Source: an uncultured Candidatus Saccharimonas sp. (lineage in GTDB: Bacteria; Patescibacteriota; Saccharimonadia; Saccharimonadales; Saccharimonadaceae). Taken from it: a stretch of 32,000 nt of DNA. Positions 1-8,355 of this stretch are shown here, piece after piece. Where the stretch lies: assembly GCA_963528875.1 (NCBI GenBank), contig CAURWT010000001.1, forward strand, positions 60,001-92,000, written 5' to 3'. The notes beneath the pieces were generated by a model that was not told the origin of the DNA, searched no databases, and worked only from the letters and a program-made list of their open reading frames with translations. Made by a program: the position numbers and the translations under genes. Positions within the stretch are counted from its first letter, which is position 1, and each line of letters starts with the position of its first letter.

Positions 1-1056
1 AGTTGAATCAACTTTTGGTTGAATACCCTTAAAATCTACAACATTACCATTATTCATAAGCTCAATTTTAAATTCAGCATTATTCATTAAAGGTGTCAAT
101 CGAGCATATAAAACATCAGTTGGAGAAACGTTTCGCCCAATATTTATTACCATTTCGCAAGCATAGGCACTTGAGCCAGCTCCAAGATCATCTGAACATT
201 TTGTAAAAGTATAGTCATTTGTTGACTGTGCAGAATTTTCATCTCGACGAACAGTTGGTAGATTCGAACTATTCACAACTCGAGAATCCAAGCCCGAAGC
301 AGGATATAACAGCATTTCACTCGCACCATTTCCATCATCTGGATAAGGTGTATCCATGCTTGTTGATGAATTTCCATTATGTCCAGGAACATAACCATAT
401 AATTGGGTTTTTAATATGGCTGGTCTATTTTGAGCTTGCCAATCTTTCAGAATATTAGGGCGAGCATTAGGATTATTTATTGAATCTAATGATATTTTTG
501 AACCATTCGCCATATTATTTTTGGTATGCCACTTAACACGAATCTGGTTAAAGCTCGAAACACCTTTTAAGTTAATAACTGAGGGCGTTCCTTCATTACT
601 TTGACCCAAAAAGTCAGAAGTATCTGTTTTAATTTTAACACAAGTATAGGCTTGGTTTAAATTTTGATCAGTATTTCCTCCACCAGAACTTGTTTTAGTT
701 TGCACTATAGTTTCATTACCATTAGCGCCAATTCCAGCAGTCGCTAAAATATAACAGTTACCAGACAAAATTGCCTTTGTCATTTCACTACAATCATATG
801 TCTTACCTTCGAAAACTTTCTTACCAACATCTGCGCCACCGCAGGCACCTTTATAAATTCGTAAAAATCTTTTAGCATCTTCAACTCCCGCCTGAGCACT
901 ATCATAAGCACTCTGTGAAAGATCTAGCCTACTGGCCTGCTCTTGGTCTCGGAGCATAATCCGCAAAAAGCTTGCAGACATAATCGAGACCAAAATACTA
1001 ACCATAATAACAATAAAGATTGAAACACCACCTTTTTTAAACTCTCTATTTGTCAT
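1..1056 (-). CDS. PilX_N-like pilus-assembly / minor pseudopilin-like protein; the C-terminal part lies beyond the window start
   Basis: I hand-translated the minus strand. It is open for 352 codons without a stop, from the ATG at 1056..1054 to base 1, and is absent from the ORF track because it runs off the edge. The N-terminus MTNREFKKGGVSIFIVIMVSILVSIMSASFLRIMLRDQEQASRLDLSQSAYDSAQAGVEDAKRFL has a short charged head, one hydrophobic helix and the Q-x-x-Y-x-A-x-AG-[LV]-E pattern typical of PilX N-terminal domain proteins. The rest is Asn/Gly/Ser-rich with several Cys. The ATG lies 2 nt after the stop of the upstream 827-aa ORF. Confidence 0.55.
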   Translation of the reverse strand, partial: MTNREFKKGGVSIFIVIMVSILVSIMSASFLRIMLRDQEQASRLDLSQSAYDSAQAGVEDAKRFLRIYKGACGGADVGKKVFEGKTYDCSEMTKAILSGNCYILATAGIGANGNETIVQTKTSSGGGNTDQNLNQAYTCVKIKTDTSDFLGQSNEGTPSVINLKGVSSFNQIRVKWHTKNNMANGSKISLDSINNPNARPNILKDWQAQNRPAILKTQLYGYVPGHNGNSSTSMDTPYPDDGNGASEMLLYPASGLDSRVVNSSNLPTVRRDENSAQSTNDYTFTKCSDDLGAGSSAYACEMVINIGRNVSPTDVLYARLTPLMNNAEFKIELMNNGNVVDFKGIQPKVDST

Positions 1057-1058
1057 AT

Positions 1059-3542
1059 TTAATACCTCACCGGAAGTTCTTTAGTATAAGTTGTAACAAT
1101 TTTGCCCGCACTACCAGATTGAGACTGAGCCCACAAGTAGGTATCTGCCGATTGGTTAAAAATTTCAGCAGGATTAGCTAGCGTATCTTTCGCAGTCCCA
1201 TCAGAGCCAGCAGTTCGCCACAATCGCAACTCTTTCGAAACTGTTCCACCACGCACATGCAATTGATTGTCACAATTTTTCATATTAACATCATTAGCAT
1301 TCTGGGCACCATTAACCGCACAAGTATTTATTATACCTTGAGCAATCAACCACGCATCAACTCTTTTCACTCCTTGGTCAATAGTAATATCTCCATCAGC
1401 AATAATTATGATCTGACGGAAATCTGAATCATTATTTACAGCTCTATCAACATTCACAATATCACCAGAAATTCGAATATTTTTACCATAGATCACTCGA
1501 GTTTGTTTATCAGCCGAAATCGAACCAAGCTGTTTGTTCGCATCGCCATAAACTTCAACTTTTGTATTTGTATCTTCGAAATTCTTTTTTGGAAATTTTG
1601 AAGCAATGTTTGAAATTAATGAATCAATACTTGACTTCCCTTGGCCAAAACTACTTTTTGAAGAATAATCCTCAATTGCCAACTTTCGCGTACTTTGCGA
1701 AGATTCAGTTCTAAAATCTTTAATTTTCACACCCGAGAGCGCTTCATATTCGACCCAAGAACCAAGAACTCCTTGTTTAGTTGTAGATAAACTCGTTCGA
1801 ATACCAGATTTTGAATAGACACCATTTCCCCAGAATTGAACTTTTGGTTTCTTAACCAGCTTAATACAAATTGGTGCACCGTGCCGCCAGTCTAAATTTT
1901 CTCGTTCTTGTTTAGCTTGCTCAGCCTGACTTTGGTTCGAATTCATCTTGTATGGCGAGATGGAAAGCGCAACACAATAACGGGTTCCCGCCTCGGCACC
2001 ATCTTCAATTGAAGGTATAAAGTCGGCAACTCGAGTATCTTTATTAAATTTTCCAGTTCCTTCTTTGACAACACGACATTTTTCAATTCCTTGATAATCT
2101 TGATAATAAAAGTTTGAAGGTGAACAGGTATCACTATTCGTATTATCTCTCTTATTATTTTGAGTTACAAAACTTTCTTTATCTGAAGGAACGCGCCAAG
2201 TTGTAATTTTATATCTTATTGATGAAGTTTCAGTTCCGCCTCCTGGAATATTAATTTCTTCGCCATCATTAGGGTCGTTTGGTACTTTACCATTAACAGG
2301 AACATCTAAATCACCACCAGAGCAGTTTCGAATTTTGTCAATTTTAACACAAGGTGTTATTTCGAAATCATAAGGAACATAAACGCATGCATCATTAGTA
2401 GTTTTATTATACCTATTAGTATTATCAATATCTCCAGCAGCAACTCCATATGACATTTTTGAACATATTATCTTTCCAGCCATATCTCTGGTTACCCTAA
2501 AAATCTCTCTATCTGCGCCTATTGCATTAATCGTATCCCAAATATTACCTTGGTTAATTATTGTAGGCCTACTATCCCACGATTCTTTATTCCATCTAAA
2601 ATTATAATTATTTACCGAATAATCGCCATGTCCATCATTTCTGAAAGTTTGATAATGACCACTGCCGCTAACATTGCTTTTGTTAAAATCTTTACCTGTA
2701 ACTTTGTGCCTAAAAGAAACCCATTGGCCAACTTTAGCAGTTTGAGGATTATAGCGACCATTACTCTTAAATCTTGAATCATCTGAATTAATTCTCTGGC
2801 TAGAATTTAAAACTGCAGCTTTAGTATTTCCTTCAACATTAAACTTAACTGGAGCTTTGATTCTTATGGTAACTTTATGAGGATAGCAATACCCTGGCCA
2901 TTGATTGAAAACATCATCATCCCAACCATGATTCCCTTCTTTATATCCATTCCAACACTGCCACACTTTAAAATGTATATAATCTCCGTCTGAAAGTTTA
3001 TCTATTTCAGATTCTTTAACGGTGATTTTAGTGGGTGGAGCAATACGACCATATTCTTTAGCTTTCAAATTAAAATTATAAGCAGTTCCTTGGCCTCTAC
3101 TACCAAAAGTAACAGAACCATTTGTTTCAAGTTTATCAGCATCTAGTTCTTTCATAATCCTAATATTTGTAGCTGAAGCTTGAGCTGGACTATGACATGC
3201 AATTGCGGCGATATTAAGATAGAAGCTTCTATTCTCTTTACTTATTTGAAATTCATGCTTTTCATAAACAGAACTAATAAGTTCCTTACCTTCAGGATCA
3301 GCAGATATCCAGTTTCCTGTTAATGATCTAATACCAGGCGGGTATGGGCTAAAATCTTCTTTAGTCCCATCATAGTTCCTTTCTTTAATCCATGTGTTAT
3401 TCGAATTACAAGAATCTATAAGCCTCTTAGCAACATTTTCTGGGATTTCATCAGATGCAGCGTTTGTATTCTTTTGAAAAAATACAGAATTAAATACAAA
3501 AGAAAACAAAACAGCAAAAAATAAAATATTAAGCTTTTTCAT
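1059..3542 (-). CDS. Large secreted Cys-containing protein of unknown function, a candidate pilus-associated or surface adhesin
   Basis: This is an 827-aa ORF with a Sec-type signal peptide (MKKLNILFFAVLFSFVFNSVFFQKNTNA/AS). The mature part has 14 Cys, is Asn/Gly/Ser/Trp/Tyr-rich and has no further hydrophobic segment. I recognise no catalytic motif. Its ATG abuts the stop of the upstream ORF (TAA-ATG at 3545..3540). Confidence 0.75.
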   Translation of the reverse strand: MKKLNILFFAVLFSFVFNSVFFQKNTNAASDEIPENVAKRLIDSCNSNNTWIKERNYDGTKEDFSPYPPGIRSLTGNWISADPEGKELISSVYEKHEFQISKENRSFYLNIAAIACHSPAQASATNIRIMKELDADKLETNGSVTFGSRGQGTAYNFNLKAKEYGRIAPPTKITVKESEIDKLSDGDYIHFKVWQCWNGYKEGNHGWDDDVFNQWPGYCYPHKVTIRIKAPVKFNVEGNTKAAVLNSSQRINSDDSRFKSNGRYNPQTAKVGQWVSFRHKVTGKDFNKSNVSGSGHYQTFRNDGHGDYSVNNYNFRWNKESWDSRPTIINQGNIWDTINAIGADREIFRVTRDMAGKIICSKMSYGVAAGDIDNTNRYNKTTNDACVYVPYDFEITPCVKIDKIRNCSGGDLDVPVNGKVPNDPNDGEEINIPGGGTETSSIRYKITTWRVPSDKESFVTQNNKRDNTNSDTCSPSNFYYQDYQGIEKCRVVKEGTGKFNKDTRVADFIPSIEDGAEAGTRYCVALSISPYKMNSNQSQAEQAKQERENLDWRHGAPICIKLVKKPKVQFWGNGVYSKSGIRTSLSTTKQGVLGSWVEYEALSGVKIKDFRTESSQSTRKLAIEDYSSKSSFGQGKSSIDSLISNIASKFPKKNFEDTNTKVEVYGDANKQLGSISADKQTRVIYGKNIRISGDIVNVDRAVNNDSDFRQIIIIADGDITIDQGVKRVDAWLIAQGIINTCAVNGAQNANDVNMKNCDNQLHVRGGTVSKELRLWRTAGSDGTAKDTLANPAEIFNQSADTYLWAQSQSGSAGKIVTTYTKELPVRY

Positions 3543-3965
3543 TTAGAATAAATCTCCAGCATCTTTATATTCTAAGCTTGCAGGCTTAATATATTCAATA
3601 TAGCTAACACCATTAATTTTTAAACTTGGGTTCTGGCCCTTATTAATCATTTCTTCAAGATTTTTAAATGTTTGTTCCTGATTTTCCGTTCCAATAAAAA
3701 GCCGCATCATTACGCAGTTAGAATCTTTTTCGTTTCCTGCTTTTTTCGAAATCTCATCCCCTAAGGCTTTTGCATTTTTAACATATTCTTCTTTTTTACC
3801 TTTAATATTATTATATTTATTAATAATATCATCCCCGCAAACCGAGCCAACAGGGTTTTTCATTGCAGCAATATCATTTTTATTTTTAATTACTTGCACT
3901 ACGTTTAGCCCTGCACTCAAAACAGCAATAGCTAAAACTACGCCAAATAATATTTTATGTTTCAT
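3543..3965 (-). CDS. Small N-terminally membrane-anchored protein of unknown function; first gene of the operon
   Basis: This is a 140-aa ORF with one N-terminal hydrophobic helix (MKHKILFGVVLAIAVLSAGLNVV) followed by a Lys/Asn/Glu-rich soluble part with 2 Cys. A strong SD (GGTGGAGGG) lies about 8 nt upstream of the ATG, and the stop abuts the ATG of the next ORF. Confidence 0.65.
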   Translation of the reverse strand: MKHKILFGVVLAIAVLSAGLNVVQVIKNKNDIAAMKNPVGSVCGDDIINKYNNIKGKKEEYVKNAKALGDEISKKAGNEKDSNCVMMRLFIGTENQEQTFKNLEEMINKGQNPSLKINGVSYIEYIKPASLEYKDAGDLF

Positions 3966-4004
3966 TATCTAAGTCCCTCCACCTTAAAAATATTTCCTAA
4001 AATA

Positions 4005-4033
4005 ATTATAAACAAAAGCGTTTTAAAAATCAA
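4005..4033 (-). promoter_or_regulatory. Sigma-70-type promoter for the 3965..1 operon
   Basis: On the minus strand: TTGATT (4033..4028), a 17-nt spacer, then TATAAT (4010..4005), about 40 nt upstream of the ATG at 3965. Confidence 0.5.
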
Positions 4034-4071
4034 GACCACACCGCAAAAACCTATCTTACAATATATATTTA

Positions 4072-6654
4072 TTACATATTTAGCCAATCTTTGCCAATAG
4101 AAACTTCAACCTTTAATTTAACATTTAACTCTGGAGCTACATTCTCCATTTCTTGTTTTAAAATTTCTGCCACATTTTCAGCATTTTCAGCTGGAACTTC
4201 CACTAAAATTGAATCATGAATTTGTAAAATTTGGTCACCGAGCCCAGCTTTTACAATTTTTTCATCAACAGCCAACATCGCTCGCTTCATTAAGTCTGCC
4301 TCAGTGCCCTGAATCGGCATATTCTGAGCTGCTCGCTTTGCCATCTCGCGAATCATAAAATTACTAGATTTTATATCTGGCATTGGTCGCCTTCGCCCAA
4401 AAAATGTCTCTACAAAACCTTCATCCTGAGCTTTTTTTAATGTATTATCCATAAGCTCACGAATCGGTTTGTGTGCATTAAAATACTCTTCAATATATTT
4501 TTTCGCCTCATAAAAACCAACCCCAATCGTGCCAGAAAGATTGTGAGCTCCAACACCATAAAGAACACTAAAATTAATAATTTTCGCAACACGTCGTTGT
4601 TCTTTCGAAACTTCATCAATCGGAACACCAAAAACCTCGCTCGCAGTCTTTGCGTGAATATCTAAATCCTTTTCAAAAGTTTCAATCAAAGGCTTGTCGT
4701 TTGCTAAAACTGCCGCCAATCTCAATTCAAACTGCGAATAATCTGCTGAAACGAGTAGATTTCCCTTTTTCGCCACAAATCCCTCACGAATACGCCGCCC
4801 AAGTTCGGAACGAATCGGTATATTCTGCAAATTAGGATTACTTGAAGAAAGCCGCCCCGTTGTTGTTACATCTTGCGCAAAATTACTATGAATCCGATTT
4901 TTTTCATCTGCTAATTTTGGCAAAGCATCAACATAGGTACTTTTTAATTTTGAAAATTCACGGAATTGCTCAATTTTTTTAATAATTGGGCTATATTCTC
5001 GTAATTTATCAAGCTCTTTTTGCCCTGTTGAAAAGCCATTTTTTGATTTTTTGATACCTTTTGTCGGTAGGCCCAAATCTTCAAAAAGAACTTTCGAAAG
5101 TTGCAGTGGGCTAGCAACATTAAATTCTCGCCCAGCGATTTCAAAAATCTCCTTCTCAATCTTTGAAATTTCACCAGCAAATTCCACACTCATTTTAGCA
5201 AAAATCTCTGGGCAAATTTCAACACCAGCTTTTTCCATTTTAAATAGAACCAAACTCATTGGAAAATCTAATTTTTCAGCAATTTCACGAATTCTTGGCA
5301 AATCTTCAAGCTTTTTTTGTTGATGCTCAAAAATAATCCGCATTGCTGAAATTCGAACTCTCGAATCATCTTCATCTATTTTTTCGCCATAAATTCCACT
5401 CAAACTTTTATCGCGGATTAAAGCATTTAGCAAAAATTCCAATTGCTCAATATCATAAATTTTGCCCCAATCTTCAAAGTCAATGCCGGCATTAAAAATT
5501 TTATGAAATGTTTCTTTCGCATTAAAGAAAACTATTTTTACATTTTTGAAGAAATCAGCAAATTTTGAGAATTCCATAAAATTAAATTCTGCAATATTTT
5601 CAAAATTCGAAACTAAAATTTTTAATTTTTGAGTATCAAAATCAAAGAAAACCAAATCTTGCGGTTTTTCGAAAAACTTTTCAGAAGAAATTTCTGGCAA
5701 AATATTGATCTCAGAAGATTCTAGAACTTCTTCAAAAAGCCCAATTTGGTTTTCATTTTTTGTTTCAAAATCCTCTGAGCCAGTTTTCATCTCTTTTGGA
5801 ATTTTTCGCACCAAAGAGTTAAATTCAAGCTTTCGAAGCATTTTCAAAACTTCTTCATAATTAAAATTACGAATATCCGCATCTTCAAAGTTAAGCTCAA
5901 CTGGTGCATCAAGAAAAATTTCAGCAATTTTTTTACTCATAAACGCTGAATCTTTACCAGCTTCAAGTTTTTTTCGCCAAGCTGGTTTGATATTTTCAAG
6001 ATTTTCATAAATTCCCTCAAGCGTAAAAAACTTTTGCAAAAGTTGCGTAGCGGTTTTTGGACCAATCCCTGGAACACCTGGAATATTGTCGCTAGAATCA
6101 CCTTGAAGTGCTTTTAAATCTAAAAATTGAGATTGTTTTAATCCATATTTATTCTCAAAATATTCAAGATCAAATTCTTCGATATCCGAAAATCCGCGTT
6201 TCATTGCAAAAACTTTAGTATTTTCATCAATCAATTGCAACATATCAAGATCAGAAGTAATCAAATTTGCTTCAACTCCAAGCTTATTTGCCTGAACCGC
6301 TAAAGTCCCCAAAATATCATCAGCCTCATAACCATCAGTTTCAAAAAGAGGCCAACCTAAAGTCTTCAAAAAGTCCTTTAAAAGTGGAATCTGCTCGTAG
6401 AAATCATCTGGTGCTTTTTTTCGCCCAGCTTTATATTCAGGATAAATTGCACTTCTTTTTGCAGTTGAAGTTCCTTTTTTGTCCCAAGCCACAACCACAT
6501 AATCTGGTTTTAATTTTCGAATAACTTCAAAAGCTAAACTGGCAAAACCATAAACACCGCCCGTTGGCGTTCCGTCTTCAAGACTCAAATTACCCATAGC
6601 GTAGTAACCCCTATAAAATACACTTTTCCCGTCAATAATTACTAACTTTTTCAT
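4072..6654 (-). CDS. polA: DNA polymerase I (family A) with an N-terminal 5'-3' exonuclease domain
   Basis: 860 aa. The N-terminal FEN domain is present (MKKLVIIDGKSVFYRGYYAM, GVPGIGPKTA). The polymerase motifs are A DYSQFELRLAA, B RRVAKIINFSVLYG and C LQIHDSILVEV. The central 3'-5' exonuclease-like region lacks the DxE/NxxxD/YxxxD acidic residues. Confidence 0.95.
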   Translation of the reverse strand: MKKLVIIDGKSVFYRGYYAMGNLSLEDGTPTGGVYGFASLAFEVIRKLKPDYVVVAWDKKGTSTAKRSAIYPEYKAGRKKAPDDFYEQIPLLKDFLKTLGWPLFETDGYEADDILGTLAVQANKLGVEANLITSDLDMLQLIDENTKVFAMKRGFSDIEEFDLEYFENKYGLKQSQFLDLKALQGDSSDNIPGVPGIGPKTATQLLQKFFTLEGIYENLENIKPAWRKKLEAGKDSAFMSKKIAEIFLDAPVELNFEDADIRNFNYEEVLKMLRKLEFNSLVRKIPKEMKTGSEDFETKNENQIGLFEEVLESSEINILPEISSEKFFEKPQDLVFFDFDTQKLKILVSNFENIAEFNFMEFSKFADFFKNVKIVFFNAKETFHKIFNAGIDFEDWGKIYDIEQLEFLLNALIRDKSLSGIYGEKIDEDDSRVRISAMRIIFEHQQKKLEDLPRIREIAEKLDFPMSLVLFKMEKAGVEICPEIFAKMSVEFAGEISKIEKEIFEIAGREFNVASPLQLSKVLFEDLGLPTKGIKKSKNGFSTGQKELDKLREYSPIIKKIEQFREFSKLKSTYVDALPKLADEKNRIHSNFAQDVTTTGRLSSSNPNLQNIPIRSELGRRIREGFVAKKGNLLVSADYSQFELRLAAVLANDKPLIETFEKDLDIHAKTASEVFGVPIDEVSKEQRRVAKIINFSVLYGVGAHNLSGTIGVGFYEAKKYIEEYFNAHKPIRELMDNTLKKAQDEGFVETFFGRRRPMPDIKSSNFMIREMAKRAAQNMPIQGTEADLMKRAMLAVDEKIVKAGLGDQILQIHDSILVEVPAENAENVAEILKQEMENVAPELNVKLKVEVSIGKDWLNM

Positions 6655-6694
6655 TACATTCCATTATATCACGCTTGGGGATATTTTTCACTTT

Positions 6695-6727
6695 TTCAAA
6701 AACTAAAATAGGGCAATAAAACCCTAT
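6695..6727 (-). terminator. Rho-independent terminator after trxB
   Basis: On the minus strand the hairpin ATAGGG-ttttattg-CCCTAT overlaps the trxB TAG stop and is followed by TTTAGTTTTT. Confidence 0.5.
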
Positions 6728-7665
6728 TTTTCATTATGTAAAAATTCTGAGATTTTTATTGCCGCTTGAGCACCGGTTGCTGCAGCTACCACAATCTGTT
6801 TTTGTGCATTTTCAATTATATCACCAGAAGCATAAACTCTTGGAATATTTGTTTCGAAATTGTTATTTACAACAATCTCACCATAGTTATTAACTTCAAC
6901 ACCAGATTTTTTTGCAAAACCAGAATTCGGAATCAATCCAATAAATTCAAAAATTGCCGCAACTTTAATTTCAAAAGTTTTTTCACCTTCTTCAGTTTGC
7001 TGTTTTATGCGAGCACCAATAATTTTTTCACCAAAATCAGTCTTTTCGAAAATAAATTCCTCAATTTCAGTTTTTAAAAATAACTCAATTTTGCCAGATT
7101 TAACTGCTTCAAAAAGTCGCTCTTGCAACACCGCTTGCGCCGAAATTTCGCCCCGAACTAAAAGCTTAACTTTTGAAAATCGGCTTAAAAACAGAGCTTC
7201 GGTTACCGCAGAATTACCGCCACCAACTGCAATCAAATCTTTTCCAGCATAAAATGGACCGTCACAAGTTGCACAAGTGTGAACGCCTCGCCCAAAAAAT
7301 TCTTCTTCTCGCGGTAGACCAAGCATTCTATATGAATTTCCCGTTGCAATCAAAACTGTTTTTGAATCAAATTTTTCGCCATCAATATCTAATCGCACGA
7401 AATTACCAAGATTTTCAAAACCTAAAACTTCACCATAATCAAATTTTGCACCAAATTTTTCAGCCTGAATTCGCATTTTTTTTGAAAGCTCAAGCCCAGA
7501 AATTCCTTCATCAAAACCTGGATAGTTTTCAATTAAATCTGAAGTTGTCGCAATTCCGCCAAAAGCTACTTTTTCGAAAACTCGCACGCTCAAGCCATCT
7601 CGTGCAGCGTAAATTGCCGCACTCAACGCGGATGGCCCTGAACCAACAATAACCAAATCAATCAT
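6724..7665 (-). CDS. trxB: Thioredoxin-disulfide reductase
   Basis: FAD site VIVGSGPSALSAAIYAARDG, redox-active CATC (HTCATCDGPFY), NADPH site VGGGNSAVTEALFLS and C-terminal YASGD. I place the start at the ATG at 7665 (MIDLV...), 1 nt after the stop of the upstream gene. The track instead uses a TTG start at 7680. Confidence 0.92.
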   Translation of the reverse strand: MIDLVIVGSGPSALSAAIYAARDGLSVRVFEKVAFGGIATTSDLIENYPGFDEGISGLELSKKMRIQAEKFGAKFDYGEVLGFENLGNFVRLDIDGEKFDSKTVLIATGNSYRMLGLPREEEFFGRGVHTCATCDGPFYAGKDLIAVGGGNSAVTEALFLSRFSKVKLLVRGEISAQAVLQERLFEAVKSGKIELFLKTEIEEFIFEKTDFGEKIIGARIKQQTEEGEKTFEIKVAAIFEFIGLIPNSGFAKKSGVEVNNYGEIVVNNNFETNIPRVYASGDIIENAQKQIVVAAATGAQAAIKISEFLHNEK

Positions 7666-7666
7666 T

Positions 7667-8347
7667 TTAGTTTTCCTCAAGACTTGGTTGTGGAATTTCT
7701 TGAAATTCAGGAATTAACATTACAATAAATTTCAAAGGTGTATTTGGACCAATAGTTTTTGAAGAATCTTCCTGATTAACCGAGCCCTGAGCACCATAAG
7801 CCTTATCCGCAGGAATAGATAATTCACGAATTCCGCCAACTTTCATTCCTTTTAGACCTTCACTCCAGCCTTCAATTAAGCCCCATTTTTTACCCTCTTT
7901 GCGAAAGACTACTGGCGATTTTAATCTACCATTTTCAAAGCTTCCGTCAAAAACTGTACCATCGGGTTTCCATCCAATATAATAAGCCTGGAATTTCGTT
8001 GTTGAATCTGTGAATTCTTCACCATCACCCTCTTTTAAATCTTTTTTTGTAAGCTCTTTTACACTTGCAGCGTTAAATGCCACTGGAGCTTTTTCATATT
8101 CCTTAAAACTGTCGTAATATTTGGCCGAAAGTTCTTTCGCCTGCTCTTCAACCTTTTTTCTGTAATCTTGGTATTTTTTCAAAACTTGCGATTGTTTTTT
8201 TTGTGCTTCTGAATTACTCTCAGTTTGTAAGAATGAAGAAACATAAAGTGCCACAGTTGAAACAACCGTTAAAATTAAAATCACCCAAATTGAATATCTC
8301 TGCCAAGCTGGTGTACCAGTTTGTAATGAATTTTTCTTTGTTGCCAT
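7667..8347 (-). CDS. Membrane-anchored FKBP-type peptidyl-prolyl cis-trans isomerase
   Basis: 226 aa with an N-terminal TM helix (YSIWVILILTVVSTVALYV) and a coiled-coil linker. The C-terminal FKBP domain reads YYIGWKPDGTVFDGSF ... GLIEGWSEGLKGMKVGGIRELSIPADKAYG ... LKFIVMLI. An AGGAG SD overlaps the pheT stop. Confidence 0.85.
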   Translation of the reverse strand: MATKKNSLQTGTPAWQRYSIWVILILTVVSTVALYVSSFLQTESNSEAQKKQSQVLKKYQDYRKKVEEQAKELSAKYYDSFKEYEKAPVAFNAASVKELTKKDLKEGDGEEFTDSTTKFQAYYIGWKPDGTVFDGSFENGRLKSPVVFRKEGKKWGLIEGWSEGLKGMKVGGIRELSIPADKAYGAQGSVNQEDSSKTIGPNTPLKFIVMLIPEFQEIPQPSLEEN

Positions 8348-8355
8348 CTTTTCTC

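Noticed and set aside
219-458. 79-aa plus-strand ORF with a TTG start
   Set aside because: It is antisense to the uninterrupted 352-codon PilX_N-like frame on the minus strand.
7173-7652. 159-aa plus-strand ORF, plus the 6766..7252 ORFs
   Set aside because: They are antisense to trxB with Gln/Leu/His-rich low-complexity translation.
7666-7680. TTG-initiated 5-codon extension of trxB that overlaps the FKBP gene
   Set aside because: The ATG at 7665 lies 1 nt after the upstream stop and gives the usual MIDLVIVGSGP start of TrxR.
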